A stretch of DNA of 64,000 bases, taken from assembly GCA_046753765.1 (NCBI GenBank), contig JBHHUN010000002.1, forward strand, positions 1,570 to 65,569, given 5' to 3'. The translations under genes were made by a program, and so were the position numbers. This document shows, piece after piece, positions 28,924-38,162 of the stretch. The notes under the pieces are model-generated. The model did no database searches. It was not told where the DNA came from and saw only the letters and a program-made list of their open reading frames with translations. Source of the stretch: Candidatus Dojkabacteria bacterium (lineage in GTDB: Bacteria > Patescibacteriota > Dojkabacteria > B142 > OLB20). Each line of letters starts with the position of its first letter. The first letter of the stretch is position 1.

Positions 28924-30876
28924 ATGTCAAAAATAATAGGAATTGACCTAGGTACAACTAACTCAGCGATGGCTGCAGCAACAGGCGGAAGCCCCGACCT
29001 TATTTCAAATAAAGAAGGAAATCGCACAACTCCATCAGTTATCTCAATTAGTAGCGACAACAAAGAGGAGTTGGTAGGAATAAGCGCCAAAAATCAGATG
29101 GTAACCAATCCTGAGCAGACCTTCTACTCCATTAAAAGACTTATTGGAAGACGCTGGGATGATCCAGAGATCAAACGCGACCAGGAATTACTACCGTTTG
29201 AGATTCGAAAGAGCTCAAAGGGCGGTGTAGAGATCAAGTTTGGAGATAAATGGCTCGCACCGGAGGCAATATCCGCAAAGATACTGGCAAAGCTTAAGGC
29301 TGATGCTGAGGCATTTCTGGGGGAGACAATAAAGGAAGCTGTTGTCACTGTTCCAGCATACTTCGACGACGCCCAGAGACAAGCAACGAAAAACGCGGGT
29401 AAGATTGCCGGATTGGACGTAAAGCGAATTATTAACGAGCCAACCGCAGCAGCACTAGCATATGGTCTTGATAAAGAAGGCGAGAAGACCATCGCGGTTT
29501 ACGACCTTGGTGGTGGAACGTTTGATATCTCAATTCTCGAGATTGGTGACGGCGTTTTCGAAGTGAAATCCACCAATGGAGATACTCATCTTGGTGGTGA
29601 TGATTTTGACCAGATGATTATTGACTGGTTAATCAGTGAATTTAAGAAAGATCAAGGTATTGATCTCAAAGAAGACCCCGCAGCTCTTCAGAGGCTTAAA
29701 GAGGCTGCTGAGAACGCAAAGATTACGCTCTCCTCTACCGAAAAGACCGAGATCAACCTTCCCTATGTAACCGCTGATGCCAAGGGGCCGAAACACATGC
29801 GTAAAGAGATGACCCGTGCTGACCTTGAAAAGCTTGTTGGAAAACTGGTAGATGACACATTTGAACCTGTAAGGAAAGCCCTCAAAGATGCAGATATTGA
29901 CATCAAAGAGATAGACGATGTTGTGCTGGTTGGTGGAATGACTCGAATGCCTATGGTGCTTTCTAAGGTTAAAGATTTCTTTGGACGGGAACCGCATCAG
30001 GGAGTAAATCCCGACGAAGTAGTCGCTGTCGGAGCTGCAATACAGGGTGCAATTCTTGCCGGTGATTCATCGGTGAGTGATATTACGCTGCTTGATGTGT
30101 CCCCGCTTACACTGGGACTAGAAACGCTTGGAGGGATCAGAACGCCACTCATAGAGCGAAACACTACAATCCCGACCGAAAAGACACAGGTGTTCTCTAC
30201 TGCTGCAGATAATCAACCGGGGGTAGAAATTCATGTACTGCAAGGCGAACGTGAAATGGCAAAAGACAATAAAACTCTTGGAAAGTTTATTCTTGATGGC
30301 ATTCCGCCTGCACCAAGAGGTGTCCCGCAAGTTGAAGTGACTTTCAAGATAGATGCAAACGGAATCCTCAATGTTTCTGCAAAGGACAAAGCGACAGACA
30401 AGGAGCAGTCAATTACAATTACCGCTTCAACCCAGCTAGACGACAGTGAGGTTGACACGCTTGTAAAAGAAGCTGCAGAAAAGGCCCAAGATGACAAAAG
30501 CGCTAAAGAATCAGCTGAAGCCAAGATTGAAGCTGAAAGTCTAGTGTTCCAGGTTGAAAAGTTTGTGGACGAGATGAAAGACAAACTAGAGAAAAAAGGC
30601 AAGGAGGAGCTCACCAAGCTTGCGGATGAGCTCAAGGAGATGAATAAAGAAGGTGTTGACGTTGAGAAACTTCAGGCAAAGACAAAAGAACTTACCCAAA
30701 AGCTTCAAGAGAAAGGTGCCGCAATGTACCAGCAAGCAGCGTCGGAAGTTGACAAGGAAGAAGCTGAAGGTGGCAAAGACAAAAGTAGCGAGAATGCAGA
30801 TAAGCAGGGAAGTGAGAAGGCGGTAGAGGGCGAGGTAGTCGACGAGAAAGACAGTAAAGATAAGGGAAAGAAGTAA
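28924..30876 (+). CDS. dnaK: Chaperone DnaK
   Basis: [30 protein letters not shown]. Confidence 0.99.
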   Translation: MSKIIGIDLGTTNSAMAAATGGSPDLISNKEGNRTTPSVISISSDNKEELVGISAKNQMVTNPEQTFYSIKRLIGRRWDDPEIKRDQELLPFEIRKSSKGGVEIKFGDKWLAPEAISAKILAKLKADAEAFLGETIKEAVVTVPAYFDDAQRQATKNAGKIAGLDVKRIINEPTAAALAYGLDKEGEKTIAVYDLGGGTFDISILEIGDGVFEVKSTNGDTHLGGDDFDQMIIDWLISEFKKDQGIDLKEDPAALQRLKEAAENAKITLSSTEKTEINLPYVTADAKGPKHMRKEMTRADLEKLVGKLVDDTFEPVRKALKDADIDIKEIDDVVLVGGMTRMPMVLSKVKDFFGREPHQGVNPDEVVAVGAAIQGAILAGDSSVSDITLLDVSPLTLGLETLGGIRTPLIERNTTIPTEKTQVFSTAADNQPGVEIHVLQGEREMAKDNKTLGKFILDGIPPAPRGVPQVEVTFKIDANGILNVSAKDKATDKEQSITITASTQLDDSEVDTLVKEAAEKAQDDKSAKESAEAKIEAESLVFQVEKFVDEMKDKLEKKGKEELTKLADELKEMNKEGVDVEKLQAKTKELTQKLQEKGAAMYQQAASEVDKEEAEGGKDKSSENADKQGSEKAVEGEVVDEKDSKDKGKK

Positions 30877-30896
30877 CCTTACGCATGCAAATGCTC

Positions 30897-30924
30897 AAGG
30901 GCCCTGCAATTATGTGGGGCTTTT
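30897..30924 (+). terminator. Intrinsic terminator after dnaK
   Basis: GCCCTGCA-ATTA-TGTGGGGC followed by TTTT. Confidence 0.7.
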
Positions 30925-30925
30925 G

Positions 30926-31669
30926 TCACCAGAGTAACTTCAGGTGGTTGAATTTTTCAACATACTTGTCTTCGGCTTTATCACTCGCAAGAATCTCCTC
31001 CACAACGTCAGCTGAAAACTGACTTTCGTGTGAGGTAAGTGCTTTCCTCTTGTTTTCTAGAAGGTCAGTGTAGTCGATCTCTGTATTGACCCTGAAGTCC
31101 CCTGTGAAGAGCAACTCAAAAACGGAAAATGGCTCGATGTCGTCTTCGTAGTGTTCTGGAAAGAAAGAACGATCTCTTGAAAAAGGGTAGACCGCGTCAA
31201 GTACGCTGCTACCAACATTTCTATGGTCTCGATGGTTGACATAATGACCACCCATATCATCTAGGCTATAGTAGTATCCGTTGGGCTCATGGGTGCAGAC
31301 AATATCAGGCTTGTTCCTGCGGATGACCTTGGCAATATCTCCAATCAGTTTCATATCATTTTCTACCATACCATCAACATAGTGCAGACTTGAAAAGGAT
31401 TCTTTGCTTAAGCCAAGGGCGTTAAGTGAATTCGTCTGCTCTGTAGACCTCTTTTTGGCCAGAAGCTCCTCGCTAATTTCTTTATCTTTACTCCCTTTCG
31501 CTCCTAAAGTTACAGCCACAACAGCGACTTCCTTATCATCATCTGCCAATTTTGCAATTAACCCACCAAAAAAGACATCTACGTCATCAGGATGAGCAGT
31601 GACAAAGAGGATAGACTTTTTGTTTGCGAATATGTCGCAATAAGAATTCAACCTCTTAGTCATGATCAT
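30926..31669 (-). CDS. PIG-L/LmbE-family deacetylase
   Basis: AHPDD, NHRDH, HESQ. Confidence 0.9.
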   Translation of the reverse strand: MIMTKRLNSYCDIFANKKSILFVTAHPDDVDVFFGGLIAKLADDDKEVAVVAVTLGAKGSKDKEISEELLAKKRSTEQTNSLNALGLSKESFSSLHYVDGMVENDMKLIGDIAKVIRRNKPDIVCTHEPNGYYYSLDDMGGHYVNHRDHRNVGSSVLDAVYPFSRDRSFFPEHYEDDIEPFSVFELLFTGDFRVNTEIDYTDLLENKRKALTSHESQFSADVVEEILASDKAEDKYVEKFNHLKLLW

Positions 31670-32039
31670 GGAACAGTTGAATTATGTTGCCTTCCGGATC
31701 TTTAGCAGTCACAACATCATAGTCGCCTGTTGGAGATACCTTAGGCTTGGAAATAAATTCCACTCCCTTTTTTGATAGCTCCTCGTGTGCCTTGTAAACA
31801 TCATCTACCTGGAAACCAATCATAATTCTAAATGGATCCTTGCTCTTACCTTTAACCCCAGAGTGATTCCCGATCCAAAACAACACCGATCCGTCACCGA
31901 CCTTTAAGGTTACACCGGTGTCGTCGGGCAAACTAATCTCTTCCTCTTGTGCAAGTCCAAACATCTCCATATACCAATCCGCTAGCTTTCTATAATCCTC
32001 AGTCCAGATCATAAAAGAATCGATCCGCGTGATTTTCAT
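31656..32039 (-). CDS. VOC/glyoxalase-family protein
   Basis: FQVDDV, KDPEGN. Confidence 0.88.
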   Translation of the reverse strand: MKITRIDSFMIWTEDYRKLADWYMEMFGLAQEEEISLPDDTGVTLKVGDGSVLFWIGNHSGVKGKSKDPFRIMIGFQVDDVYKAHEELSKKGVEFISKPKVSPTGDYDVVTAKDPEGNIIQLFHDHD

Positions 32040-32057
32040 AAAATATTAGTTAAAAAA

Positions 32058-32465
32058 TTAGTTTCCCAATTTTCCCATAAATTGCCAGCTATTTCCATCA
32101 GGATCCAGGAAAGTGCAAACGTATACAGGATTATCCTCGCTTGAAAAAGGCGTTAATATGGGCTTTTGTAGAATTTTGACACCAGCCTTCTCTACTTTCT
32201 CAAACCATTTCTGGACATTATCCGTACGAAGGTTATGCATAATCCTTAAAGACTCTTTACTTTTCCCTTTGACCCCTGAGTGCTTACCGATCCAGACTAT
32301 AGGTGTTTTGCCGCTTACAAGTTCATAGCCATAATCGGCTTCCAAACCATCTTTTGCAGGGATATCAACCTTTTCATTCACCTCCAGCTCAAGCACGTCA
32401 GTATAAAATTTAACGAGTTCGTCCGGATCTTCTGACCAGATCAATGTATAGATTCCTTTGAACAT
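32058..32465 (-). CDS. VOC/glyoxalase-family protein (paralog of neighbour)
   Basis: FYTDVL, LDPDGN; shares WIGxHSGVKGKSK with 31656-32039. Confidence 0.88.
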   Translation of the reverse strand: MFKGIYTLIWSEDPDELVKFYTDVLELEVNEKVDIPAKDGLEADYGYELVSGKTPIVWIGKHSGVKGKSKESLRIMHNLRTDNVQKWFEKVEKAGVKILQKPILTPFSSEDNPVYVCTFLDPDGNSWQFMGKLGN

Positions 32466-32491
32466 CTGATGTCTCTAATAAATAAAAACTA

Positions 32492-33694
32492 CTATGTGAA
32501 CTCCCTGTACAAGTTTCGGACAATTCCCGGTATCTCCTCAGCTCTTTTTGCCTGCTCTTCCCTGAAAGCCCTGCCTCGTTTTCTAAACTTCATCACCTCA
32601 TCGTAACTAAAGCCTTTAAGTAGTCTTTTAACAAGTTTTTTTCGGTTAGGTATCCACTCACCAAGCCCTTTTTCTTCAATAAATGCTCTATGAGGCAGCT
32701 CTTGACCAGGTCTCGTTTTATAAATTATGAACGGCCCACACTCTGACTCTAGAAGCTCGTTTAGTGTAGCTGGAGCTATTCCACCCAGAATGGGAAAGTC
32801 ACAGCTATACTGAAGCAGGGCGTAAACTTGAGGATCAATCCAGGGGACAGGAAAGATATTGCTCCAGTACCTGAATTTTTTATTCTTCTTGATCAGTTTC
32901 TCAAAAAATTTGTTATCACTCCCAGCGATTACAAAATACTGGTACTTATCTACTAGTGAAAGGTCTTCTTTTTGTTCCCTTGTAAGTTCTTTAAGCAATG
33001 GGTAAGTTTTCCTTGCGTATATTGCCCCTGCAGTTATCAGTACAGTAGTTTTGTTTGGATCAATATATGTGTAAGGAAAATAGTTTAACGTCTTCTTAAG
33101 CGCCTTCCTGGCCTCATTTTTGTCTTTGTACTGCGAAGCTACTTTTTTGAAGATTGGTTTTGGGTTGTATCCGGCCAACAGAACGTCTTCTTCACTATCG
33201 GCAATGTTTTTTATCGCACCTTGGCGTGTCCACTCTTCGAAGACCATTATCTTATCAGATCTGAACGGCTTAAACTTTGGATTCATTAATTTTGACGGTG
33301 GGCCGTAGTCGGGGATGCAGTTTACAATAACGGCTTTAGACTTTAGTAACTTTTTGGCTACAGCAAAGTGCATACTGAGTACAAAATGTGTCGAAAGAAC
33401 TATGTCAGGGTCTTCTTTTTTAAGTACCTTGTACACCTCCCGGAAAAAATTGATCGTGGCAATCAGAAAAAAATCTGAGATATAACGGGGCGAAAAGAAA
33501 TATAGAAACTCGTGCATAAACGGTACCAGGTTATGTATAACCGTGTCTGCCCTCTCCAGTGCCTCTCCAGGGTGATCGAATTTTACGGAATTAAACTCTT
33601 CAAGGTCACTAACCTGCCCATGCAAGAAGTCACGCAGTGCAATGTGCCCACCACCAACTTTTACGGCGCCTTGTAATACTTTAATCCTTTTCAT
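32492..33694 (-). CDS. GT-B glycosyltransferase, MGDG synthase/UgtP-like
   Basis: GGGH, PDIVLSTH, IPDY, PGQE. Confidence 0.75.
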   Translation of the reverse strand: MKRIKVLQGAVKVGGGHIALRDFLHGQVSDLEEFNSVKFDHPGEALERADTVIHNLVPFMHEFLYFFSPRYISDFFLIATINFFREVYKVLKKEDPDIVLSTHFVLSMHFAVAKKLLKSKAVIVNCIPDYGPPSKLMNPKFKPFRSDKIMVFEEWTRQGAIKNIADSEEDVLLAGYNPKPIFKKVASQYKDKNEARKALKKTLNYFPYTYIDPNKTTVLITAGAIYARKTYPLLKELTREQKEDLSLVDKYQYFVIAGSDNKFFEKLIKKNKKFRYWSNIFPVPWIDPQVYALLQYSCDFPILGGIAPATLNELLESECGPFIIYKTRPGQELPHRAFIEEKGLGEWIPNRKKLVKRLLKGFSYDEVMKFRKRGRAFREEQAKRAEEIPGIVRNLYREFT

Positions 33695-35115
33695 TTACGG
33701 ATGCTCTCACCCAAAAGAGTTACCAGTTCATCTATCGGAACACGTTTCTGTTCCATCGTGTCACGGTCACGAACGGTTACCTGTTTGTCTTTCAGGCTGT
33801 CAAAGTCAACCGTTATGCAAAATGGTGTCCCTATCTCATCATGACGCCGATACATCTTACCTATGTTTCCTTTATTTTCGTATTCACTGTGAAAGTACTG
33901 ACTAAGCTCAACATAGATATCTTTTGCGAGATCGGCAAGTTTTTCATCTTTCTGAAGCGGAAAGATTGCAGCTTTTACAGGTGCTATCCTTGGGCTAAGC
34001 TTTAAAACAACCCTGCTCTTCCCGTTCTCAAGCTCCTCCTCATTGTAGGCATCTAATAGCAGGATCGTAACCAGCCTTGAGAGACCAAATGTCGGTTCGA
34101 CTACCTCGGGCATTACACGCTTGCCATCCGGATATTTGTAGCTCAGGTCCTGACCACTGTGTTTCGAGTGATTTTTCAGATCAAAGTCGGTTCGATATGC
34201 ACATGCAAACATCTCCTTGAATCCCCAGGGGAATTTGTACTCAAGGTCCTCGGTGTGATCTGAATAGTGGGAGAGCTCAAAGTCTTCCTGTGGTCTCCAG
34301 CGAAGCATCTCTGGTCGCAATCCAACCAACATGGCGTAGTCGAAAATCTCTTCTTTCCAGTAGTCAAATAAGTCCTTCCACTTGTGGTCTTTCGGGTCGA
34401 AAAAGTACTCAAACTCCATCAAATCAAACTCAAGAGTTCTGAATGTGAACTTACCCTTTGTGATCTCGTTTCTGAAGGCTTTCCCTGCCTGTCCAATCCC
34501 AAAGGGGAGTTTAGGATGCATTGAGTCAATAATGTTCTGGAAATTAATGAACAAACCTTGTGCAATTTCTCCGCGTAGATAGGCCTTGTTTTTGTCACCT
34601 TCAATGATTCCTATCCTTGTTTCAAATAGTTGGTTGAATTTTCTGGCTTCGCTAAAGTCATTCCCATCAGGTGATTTGATCCCGAACTCCTCAATTATCC
34701 TCTGAAGATCCTCGGCAGGGAGACCATCCACTTTAGTAAGCCTCTCTTTGTCTTCCGCACTGATATCGGCTTCTCCTGCAAAATCTTCAATGATATGATC
34801 AGCCCTATATCTCTTATGGTTTTTCATGTCCTCGACCATAATGTCACCAAAGGTCTCAACATGTCCACTTGCCTCCCATACTTTCGGATTAATAATCACG
34901 CTACTATCAATACCAAACATATCCTGTCTGCCAGAGATAAACTTCTCCCACCAGAGCTTTTTGAGGTTCTCCTTAAGCTCAACTCCGTAGGGACCGTAGT
35001 CGTACGTGTTAGCAATACCTCCGTAGATCTCAGACGACGGATAGATAAACCCACGTCGCTTTGCAAGTGCAGTGATTGTATCCAGTTCCACTTCCTGGCC
35101 CTTCTTCTTTTTCAT
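33691..35115 (-). CDS. glyQS: Glycine--tRNA ligase, alpha2 type
   Basis: RRGFIYPSSEIYGG, GKAFRNEIT, VVEPTFG, anticodon-binding domain. Confidence 0.96.
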   Translation of the reverse strand: MKKKKGQEVELDTITALAKRRGFIYPSSEIYGGIANTYDYGPYGVELKENLKKLWWEKFISGRQDMFGIDSSVIINPKVWEASGHVETFGDIMVEDMKNHKRYRADHIIEDFAGEADISAEDKERLTKVDGLPAEDLQRIIEEFGIKSPDGNDFSEARKFNQLFETRIGIIEGDKNKAYLRGEIAQGLFINFQNIIDSMHPKLPFGIGQAGKAFRNEITKGKFTFRTLEFDLMEFEYFFDPKDHKWKDLFDYWKEEIFDYAMLVGLRPEMLRWRPQEDFELSHYSDHTEDLEYKFPWGFKEMFACAYRTDFDLKNHSKHSGQDLSYKYPDGKRVMPEVVEPTFGLSRLVTILLLDAYNEEELENGKSRVVLKLSPRIAPVKAAIFPLQKDEKLADLAKDIYVELSQYFHSEYENKGNIGKMYRRHDEIGTPFCITVDFDSLKDKQVTVRDRDTMEQKRVPIDELVTLLGESIRK

Positions 35116-35143
35116 GAGTATAAAACAACTGAATTATAGATAA

Positions 35144-35330
35144 TAAAAAGTCCCCTAAACCAACTACTCCTAGTTGACTTAGGGGACTCTATATGAGCGG
35201 TTCCACCCCATTTCCCCTACCTAATGGTAGAGACATCTTTAATTGCTTTCAGATAAATTGCCATTCAATCCTGTCAGTTTTCACTATATCTCTGACTCAC
35301 TGTGCTCAGATAATACCATGATACTGAAAT
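35144..35330 (-). promoter_or_regulatory. Glycine T-box riboswitch leader of glyQS
   Basis: T-box AATGGGGTGGAACCGC; terminator AGTCCCCTAAG...TTAGGGGACTTTTT; GGC specifier candidate at 35260-35262; AGAGA in stem I. Confidence 0.88.
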
Positions 35331-35338
35331 TCTGCAAA

Positions 35339-36124
35339 TCATTTCTGTCCGAGGAAGATTTTCTGCACCTCTTTTGGGTATGAACTCACGTCTTCTGGGA
35401 AGATCTGAACCATCTCTCGAAGCATGTTCTCTGCATTGACCACCAGTTTACTCTCTTCGAGCAGTTGTTTAATCCCAGCCTTCCCTTTTTTCGAGTACAC
35501 TCTCAAGTACTTCTCTTTGCGTTTCTGAATCTGCCCCCATTTAGCATCAACCTCAAACTTCGGATGTTGCCTAAGCCTTTCCAAAATAGCGTCGATTTCC
35601 TGCTCAACACTGAACTTGCTGTTATCTATTAGAAGATTATACTTACGCTTAATTAATTCAACGTCAAAAACGTCTACATCCCATAGCTTGATGTATTCCT
35701 GTTGGAGTGTCTCGTCTCGTCTTTCGAGGCTCTCCTCACCTTTACGTTTATCTGCCTTTGCTCTTTTATTACGCTGAGTCTTATTTGCTTTAAGAAATAT
35801 AGAGTAGACCTTGGGATGTTTACCTATGCGGAATGCACTCATATCAGATTCAACTATTATTCCCGAATAATTGGTTAAGATATGGTCAACGTATTTATCA
35901 AACGTTTTGCCAACAGTTGGCTGCAACATCCGCTCGTTTTCTATACTCATGGTCGGGCCGTGTTCGTGTAGGAGATCGTCCAAGTATCGCATTACGCGAC
36001 CAATGTAGTAATACTCTCGCTTAAGGATAAGGGCGAGCATGATTGTTAACGTAGATGTTCCAACGCCTACCCACCCAGATAAGGCTAAATTCACGAGATC
36101 ATCCTTTTTTTCTGCGGTTGCCAT
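35339..36124 (-). CDS. Cytidylate kinase-like P-loop protein (Walker A Lys absent)
   Basis: SGWVGVGTST, IIVES, IFLKA, YNLLIDNS. Confidence 0.65.
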   Translation of the reverse strand: MATAEKKDDLVNLALSGWVGVGTSTLTIMLALILKREYYYIGRVMRYLDDLLHEHGPTMSIENERMLQPTVGKTFDKYVDHILTNYSGIIVESDMSAFRIGKHPKVYSIFLKANKTQRNKRAKADKRKGEESLERRDETLQQEYIKLWDVDVFDVELIKRKYNLLIDNSKFSVEQEIDAILERLRQHPKFEVDAKWGQIQKRKEKYLRVYSKKGKAGIKQLLEESKLVVNAENMLREMVQIFPEDVSSYPKEVQKIFLGQK

Positions 36125-36884
36125 GTTTTGTACGAACTTCTTCTAAAAACATCAAAGATTTAAGATCAGCCTCAAGAATACCTCTTATCCATGAATCCTG
36201 AATTGATTTTACCCTATTCTCGAGCTGTAGGTTAATCTTGATTGATTTAATCAACCCCAGACTCTTTGAGAGGAGCAACCTTTGCAGCTTTATTACAGTA
36301 TTTGAAACTGTAGTTTCAGGGTAATCAAGTGTATTGAAGTGCTCTGAGCAAAGGTACCCCGCCATCCCCTTGCTGGCTGCTATTCTTGCAACATCTTCTT
36401 TAAGTTGTTGCCCACAATGCAGACAACTTGTTAGATCAGGACCAAACCCCAGGTAGTCGAGAAGCTTTAATTCAAGCCCCAACATTAGTGCAGAGTTTTT
36501 GTAACCAGATTGAGACATTAAGGTCAGAAAGTTTTGGAGTGTTTTGTAAATCAGTTTGCTATCAAGATCCACAGAAAGAAACCTGTCCAGGAGTTCGAGA
36601 ATATAAAATATCTCAGAGATGGTTGGAAGATCCCTTTTAAGAACATCAAAATCGTCTACGAGCTCTGCCTCTGTAACGATATCCAGGTTCTTCCCTTTAT
36701 GGAAAGCAAAGTTTACAAGGTTCAAAAGGTCAATATTTCCGGCCTTTCTACTGAGCGGCTTGCGTGCACCCTTGGCTACAGCTTCAATCTTTCCATGGTT
36801 TTTACTAAAAACGATGACCAGCCTATCGGCCTCACCAAGGGGCCGAGTCTTTAGAATATAGCCAGTGTCGCGGTATGATCTCAA
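36099..36884 (-). CDS. recO: DNA repair protein RecO
   Basis: GEADR, GKIEAVAKGARK, C-terminal CLHC. Confidence 0.93.
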   Translation of the reverse strand: MRSYRDTGYILKTRPLGEADRLVIVFSKNHGKIEAVAKGARKPLSRKAGNIDLLNLVNFAFHKGKNLDIVTEAELVDDFDVLKRDLPTISEIFYILELLDRFLSVDLDSKLIYKTLQNFLTLMSQSGYKNSALMLGLELKLLDYLGFGPDLTSCLHCGQQLKEDVARIAASKGMAGYLCSEHFNTLDYPETTVSNTVIKLQRLLLSKSLGLIKSIKINLQLENRVKSIQDSWIRGILEADLKSLMFLEEVRTKHGNRRKKG

Positions 36885-37366
36885 TTTTTCGACTGATTCA
36901 ATTTATCTACTATCTTAGTGGTTGAGTAGCCCTCCAGCCTTGGTAGTAACAGCAGCTTTCCACCTGCTTTTTCTATATACTTGCGTTTGTTGTCAACACC
37001 GCTGTCGCCTTCTACAGCTACTAGCATGTCCGGTTCAACGTCAAGTACAAAGTCACGCAGCCCTTTCCAATCTGTCTCCCATGGGAGAATATAGTCGACA
37101 GCCCCAAGTTTGCCAAGCTCACTTACTCTGTCTTTCAAGATTTTAATTGGTCGATTAGATCCCTTTCGCTGCCGGACAATTTCGTCACCAAGGATAACTA
37201 CAACGAGCTTATACTCACTATCTAGTCTGGCTAATTTTTGACTGACATGGTTTAGCATCCAGGTATGACCATTGTGCAACAGGTCGAACACTCCAGTTAC
37301 TAAAGCAGTTTTGTGCTCAGAGAAGATCTGCCTTGATTGCTCAGCGTTTATAATTTTGTCAGTCAT
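36881..37366 (-). CDS. Cytidylyltransferase family (RfaE domain II-like)
   Basis: GVFDLLHNGH, KGSNRP, YSTT. Confidence 0.88.
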   Translation of the reverse strand: MTDKIINAEQSRQIFSEHKTALVTGVFDLLHNGHTWMLNHVSQKLARLDSEYKLVVVILGDEIVRQRKGSNRPIKILKDRVSELGKLGAVDYILPWETDWKGLRDFVLDVEPDMLVAVEGDSGVDNKRKYIEKAGGKLLLLPRLEGYSTTKIVDKLNQSKN

Positions 37367-38162
37367 TCCAGGTTACTAACGCGACTGGTGTTTGTTCAGT
37401 TGACTGTCCGAGAGGGTTATCGGCGAAGGCCCGCCGGAGTGTTTCAGTATCTTTCCCGCTCAAACCGTAGCTCGCAAGCACATTTTGTCCGATGTCATTA
37501 GCATCAATGATCACGACGGGTAGACTAATACTCTTGCTTATCTGCTTTGCCACTTTTCCAGGATCATCCGGAACAAGCACAGCCGACTGATTGTAAGGGG
37601 GAATTGTGTAGGGTGTTGGTCCGTCGATCCCTCTCGCCTTTGAACCTGCGACTCTGTAGAACATCCCCTTAATTCCGAGCGGCTTTGTGACCGCCGCTAC
37701 AAAAAAAGCCAGGACAATTCTTGGAACTCCAACATCTTTGAGTGCCAACTCCATTGTTTCTGGCATGCCGAGGCCTATTCCAGCCTTTGTTTTAGTAACA
37801 AAGCGTGCCAGAAATTTTGCGAGCTTTGAGGGTTTTATATCATCCATCAGGAAGGCCCTTCCTTGTGATGCCGCAACAGCTTTCTCTCCTACAACAACAA
37901 CTCTGTGTCCATCGTCAACCAGATCTTTCAGAGGATTCACAACAGAACTCACGACCTGCACCACATCGTCTCCATTGACAATCAGTTTGGTTCGTACCGG
38001 ATATCGCTTCACAACCTTTTCCCCTATTGATATCTCAAGCTTTTTGTTTGAATTCGGTGACGGGAGCTTCATGTGTTTACAAAGTGATGTTAAATTTTCG
38101 CATCCATAATTCTGTGTTGAGAATGCGCCAGAATACCATTGCATCTCCATTAATCTTACCAC
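37359..38162 (-). CDS. CofE (F420:gamma-glutamyl ligase)-like protein (start probably 38072)
   Basis: EKAVAASQGR, IDGPT, IIDAND, DNPLGQ...QTP. Confidence 0.75.
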   Translation of the reverse strand: MVRLMEMQWYSGAFSTQNYGCENLTSLCKHMKLPSPNSNKKLEISIGEKVVKRYPVRTKLIVNGDDVVQVVSSVVNPLKDLVDDGHRVVVVGEKAVAASQGRAFLMDDIKPSKLAKFLARFVTKTKAGIGLGMPETMELALKDVGVPRIVLAFFVAAVTKPLGIKGMFYRVAGSKARGIDGPTPYTIPPYNQSAVLVPDDPGKVAKQISKSISLPVVIIDANDIGQNVLASYGLSGKDTETLRRAFADNPLGQSTEQTPVALVTWND

